Shown here one piece after another: positions 61,201 to 64,000 of a stretch of 64,000 nucleotides of DNA. This DNA is from Azolla caroliniana (Eukaryota > Plantae > Polypodiophyta). A program made the translations under genes and the position numbers. The stretch covers positions 21,762,001 through 21,826,000 of the forward strand of contig JBHGNT010000006.1 in assembly GCA_043228905.1 (NCBI GenBank). The letters run 5' to 3'. Numbering within the stretch: position 1 is the stretch's first letter; each line of letters begins with the position of its first letter. The notes under the pieces were generated by a model. It worked only from the letters and a program-made list of their open reading frames with translations. It ran no database searches and had not been told where the DNA came from.

Positions 61201-62558
61201 ACACTCAGATGCATGGCGTTGACTACGAAGAGACGTTTGCCTTGGTGGCAAAGATGACGACGGTGCGGACCGTAATTGCGCTTGTCGTGGCGAAAGGGTG
61301 GCACCTCCATCAAATGGACATCAAGAACACCTTTCTACAAGGTGAATTAGAAGAGGAGGTGTACATGATACAACCACCCGGCTTCAACTCGAGCACCCAT
61401 CCGAAAGTTGTATGTCGACTCAAGAAGCCACTCTACGGCCTCAAGCACGCACCGCGTGCTTGGCATTCAAAGATAACGCAATATCTTCATCAAATCGACT
61501 TCCGTATGTCAAAATCAGACAACTCCCTCTACATACGAAGCGATTCCGCAAGTCCGATCGTCATCATTTTATATGTGGATGACCTAGTAATTGGCGGTGA
61601 GCATCTCGTTGACATCAATAAGGTCAAATCCCTCCTTTCCGACAAGTTCGAGATGACGAACATGAAGGAGCTCCACTACTTCCTCGGCATCGAGGTAATT
61701 CGGACTCCGGCCGGAATCATGATCTCTCAACAGCACTACATCCTCAACTTGTTATACAAGTTTGGTATGGCTGAATGCAAATCCGCGGCAACCCCGCTCG
61801 ATCACAATCTCAAACTGGGTGCGAACTACGGCACCAAAGTGTGTGAGCCGACTTAGTATCGGCAACTCATCGGGAGTCTCATCTACCTCACGATCACTCG
61901 ACCCGATCTCATTTATCCAGTCGGTCTCCTTAGCCAATTCATGCAAACACCGTGTGATACTCACTTGGATTGCGCTAAGCGAGTTCTACGATACGTGAGC
62001 GGCACAATGGATTGTGGTATCCTCTACAAGACTGCGATGCCAATACGACTCGAGGGGTACATAGACGCCGATTGGGCCGGCTACAAAGCCGATAGAATAT
62101 CAACCTCCGGATTTGTTTTTTCCCTCGACAGCGGAGCAATATCCTGGAGCAGCAAAAAGCAACCAACTGTCGCTCTTTCGAGCACAGAGGCGGAATACAG
62201 GGGTGCGGCAGTGGCCACATGTGAAGCCGTATGGCTCAAAAGGATACTCAAGGATATGGGCGTACCCATCAAGGATTCGACTTCCCTTTACTGCGACAAC
62301 ATGAGCACTATCTATCTAGCTCGGAACCCGGTGTTCCACGCGCGGACAAAGCACATCGAAGTGCACTATCACTTCATTCGAGAGCGCGTTCTAGCTGGCG
62401 ATGTCGACCTACAACACATTAGCACCAATCTTCAAACGGCCGACATCTTCACTAAAGCCTTAGGAGCCGAGAAGCTATGGCAATTCATGGCCGATCTCGG
62501 ATTGACAATCCCTGACTTGTCAAGCTTGAGGGGGAGTACTGAAGAGACTACGCAATAA
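58242..62558 (+). pseudogene. Copia-4 gag-pol with multiple stops and frameshifts
   Basis: Collinear with Copia-1 8316-12636. Confidence 0.93.
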
Positions 62559-62784
62559 CGCGATTTCGCAACCACGCAACAAAGCCGCGAAGAGCCGATC
62601 TACCGCACAAACCGCAAAGAAAGACGCAAGCCGAAGCACAGACTTCGTAACTACGCACAACGCAAGCTGGAGTACAGATCCTGTAACTCTGCATAAATGC
62701 GAATCGACACGGACTCCGGAACGCAAGTCGAAGCGTATTTTTGGATAGCGTCTGAAACCGACCCGACTTGAGCTTGAGGGGGTG

Positions 62785-63158
62785 TATTGAGAATCAAGCT
62801 CAACTTGGTCTAGTGTGTGAACTCACCTTGAGAGTGAATAGACACTCCAACAGTCAAGAGTCACCATTAAGTCACCACTTTGTATTCTAGCATTTAGTAT
62901 GAGTTATAGAATCATATTCTATGACACATAACTTATGAGCTTTCGCATTCCCCATGCTCCATGAGTCTTGTAGTTAATGAAGAGAGAGGGTGACTATATA
63001 AAGCACCCTCCTCCCACCTTGTATTCAATTGTGTCTTTCCCCTTTGTTAATATACTTAACCTTGCGTATACTCTCTCTCTCTCTGTATCTCATACACACA
63101 CACACACAGAGTTCACACATATTCCGCTTCACAAGAATCCATCTCTTGATTGTTTACA
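62785..63158 (+). repeat. Copia-4 3' LTR
   Basis: TATTGAGAATC (TG changed to TA)...TTTACA, followed by TSD attcc. Confidence 0.93.
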
Positions 63159-63168
63159 ATTCCTTACA

Positions 63169-64000
63169 GTCGATTCATCGCCAACAAGGTTTACTTCGTT
63201 TTGCTCACTGATGAGCAACAACTAGTCCTCACTTGTTGTGATTGCCGAGGAGTTCTTGTTGTCCGAAATCTTCTTCAGTTGCACACCATCGGCTCCCCCT
63301 TTTTCCTTTCGGAAATGTCGACAATTCTTTTGGAAGTGCCCAAGGTTCCCACAATAGAAGCACATGGGCGTTCCCCTCAACTTCGACCTTGTCCCCGACT
63401 TATCTCGACTTTGGGGACTTCTATTTCGGCCTCTTCCTTGATTTGTTTCACTTTCCATGACAAGGGCCTTCTGGTCAGTATTGGACTATCGGTCCTTCCG
63501 GCGAGCTTCTTCATTCAATAAGCTTGACTTAACCAAACAAAAGTGTTTCCCTTGTGGTCCCACATTGCCTAATGTGACAACCAGCGTCTCCCAGTTGTCT
63601 GGAAGGGATCCCAACAGCAACAATGCTAATACCTCGTTGGCAAGAGGTACTTCTACAGAGGTTGTTTGATTCATCAATCCTTTGAAAGAATTAATGTGCT
63701 CCGCCATGCTGGAGCCGTCTTGATACCAGAGTCTCATGATTTTTTTTGAAAATTGAGACTCTATTCACGACGTTCTTGTTTTCAAACATCATGCCAATCT
63801 TCTTCCAGAGGACATCGACACTCGTCTCTTCATCAAAGTTGTTGTATAGACTCATGTCTAAAACACCTTATATATGTTGCCACCTTCATATGCATGACTT
63901 CCCAAGTCGATGCATCGATCTTGTCTGGACAGTCTTTGCATCAATAGCCAGAGGTCTTTGCACACGATCATGTCTCTCATCTTCAACTTCCACACTGAGT
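63169..64000 (-). pseudogene. Decayed gag of another Copia family, truncated just before the protease and running off the window
   Basis: LLLGSLPDNWETLVVTL, CFYCGNLGHFQKNC, ends ...NLVGDEST. Confidence 0.85.

Overview
Eukaryotic land-plant genomic DNA. A non-seed plant such as a fern or lycophyte is my guess, but the sequence alone cannot confirm it. Positions 1-17.2 kb carry an intact-looking ARC3-like chloroplast-division gene on the minus strand (N-terminal FtsZ-like domain, C-terminal MORN repeats). Thirteen phase-consistent GT-AG exons were reconstructed and the 3' end runs off the window. Its 9.5-kb intron holds a decayed LINE split by a Copia element. From 17.3 kb onward the window is a nested transposon pile: a Mutator-like element with a Ulp1-like remnant and a 121-bp array, a hAT-type MITE containing a Copia that contains a LINE, a young Copia, and a Copia whose 5' LTR holds a full-length RTEX-like LINE that in turn holds a GC-rich Gypsy. 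The most notable signals are candidate recoding and targeting features. (1) LINE ORF1 and ORF2 are in one frame, separated only by UGA-CGG plus a downstream stem, which matches a viral-type readthrough signal. (2) The Gypsy has a G_GAU_UUU slippery site and a predicted pseudoknot between protease and RT, a tRNA-Trp PBS and a 4-bp TSD. (3) Three LINEs share a covarying 3' hairpin, and two of them sit in the (TC)n tract of Copia 5' LTRs. All comparisons were made by eye; no searches or folding programs were run.
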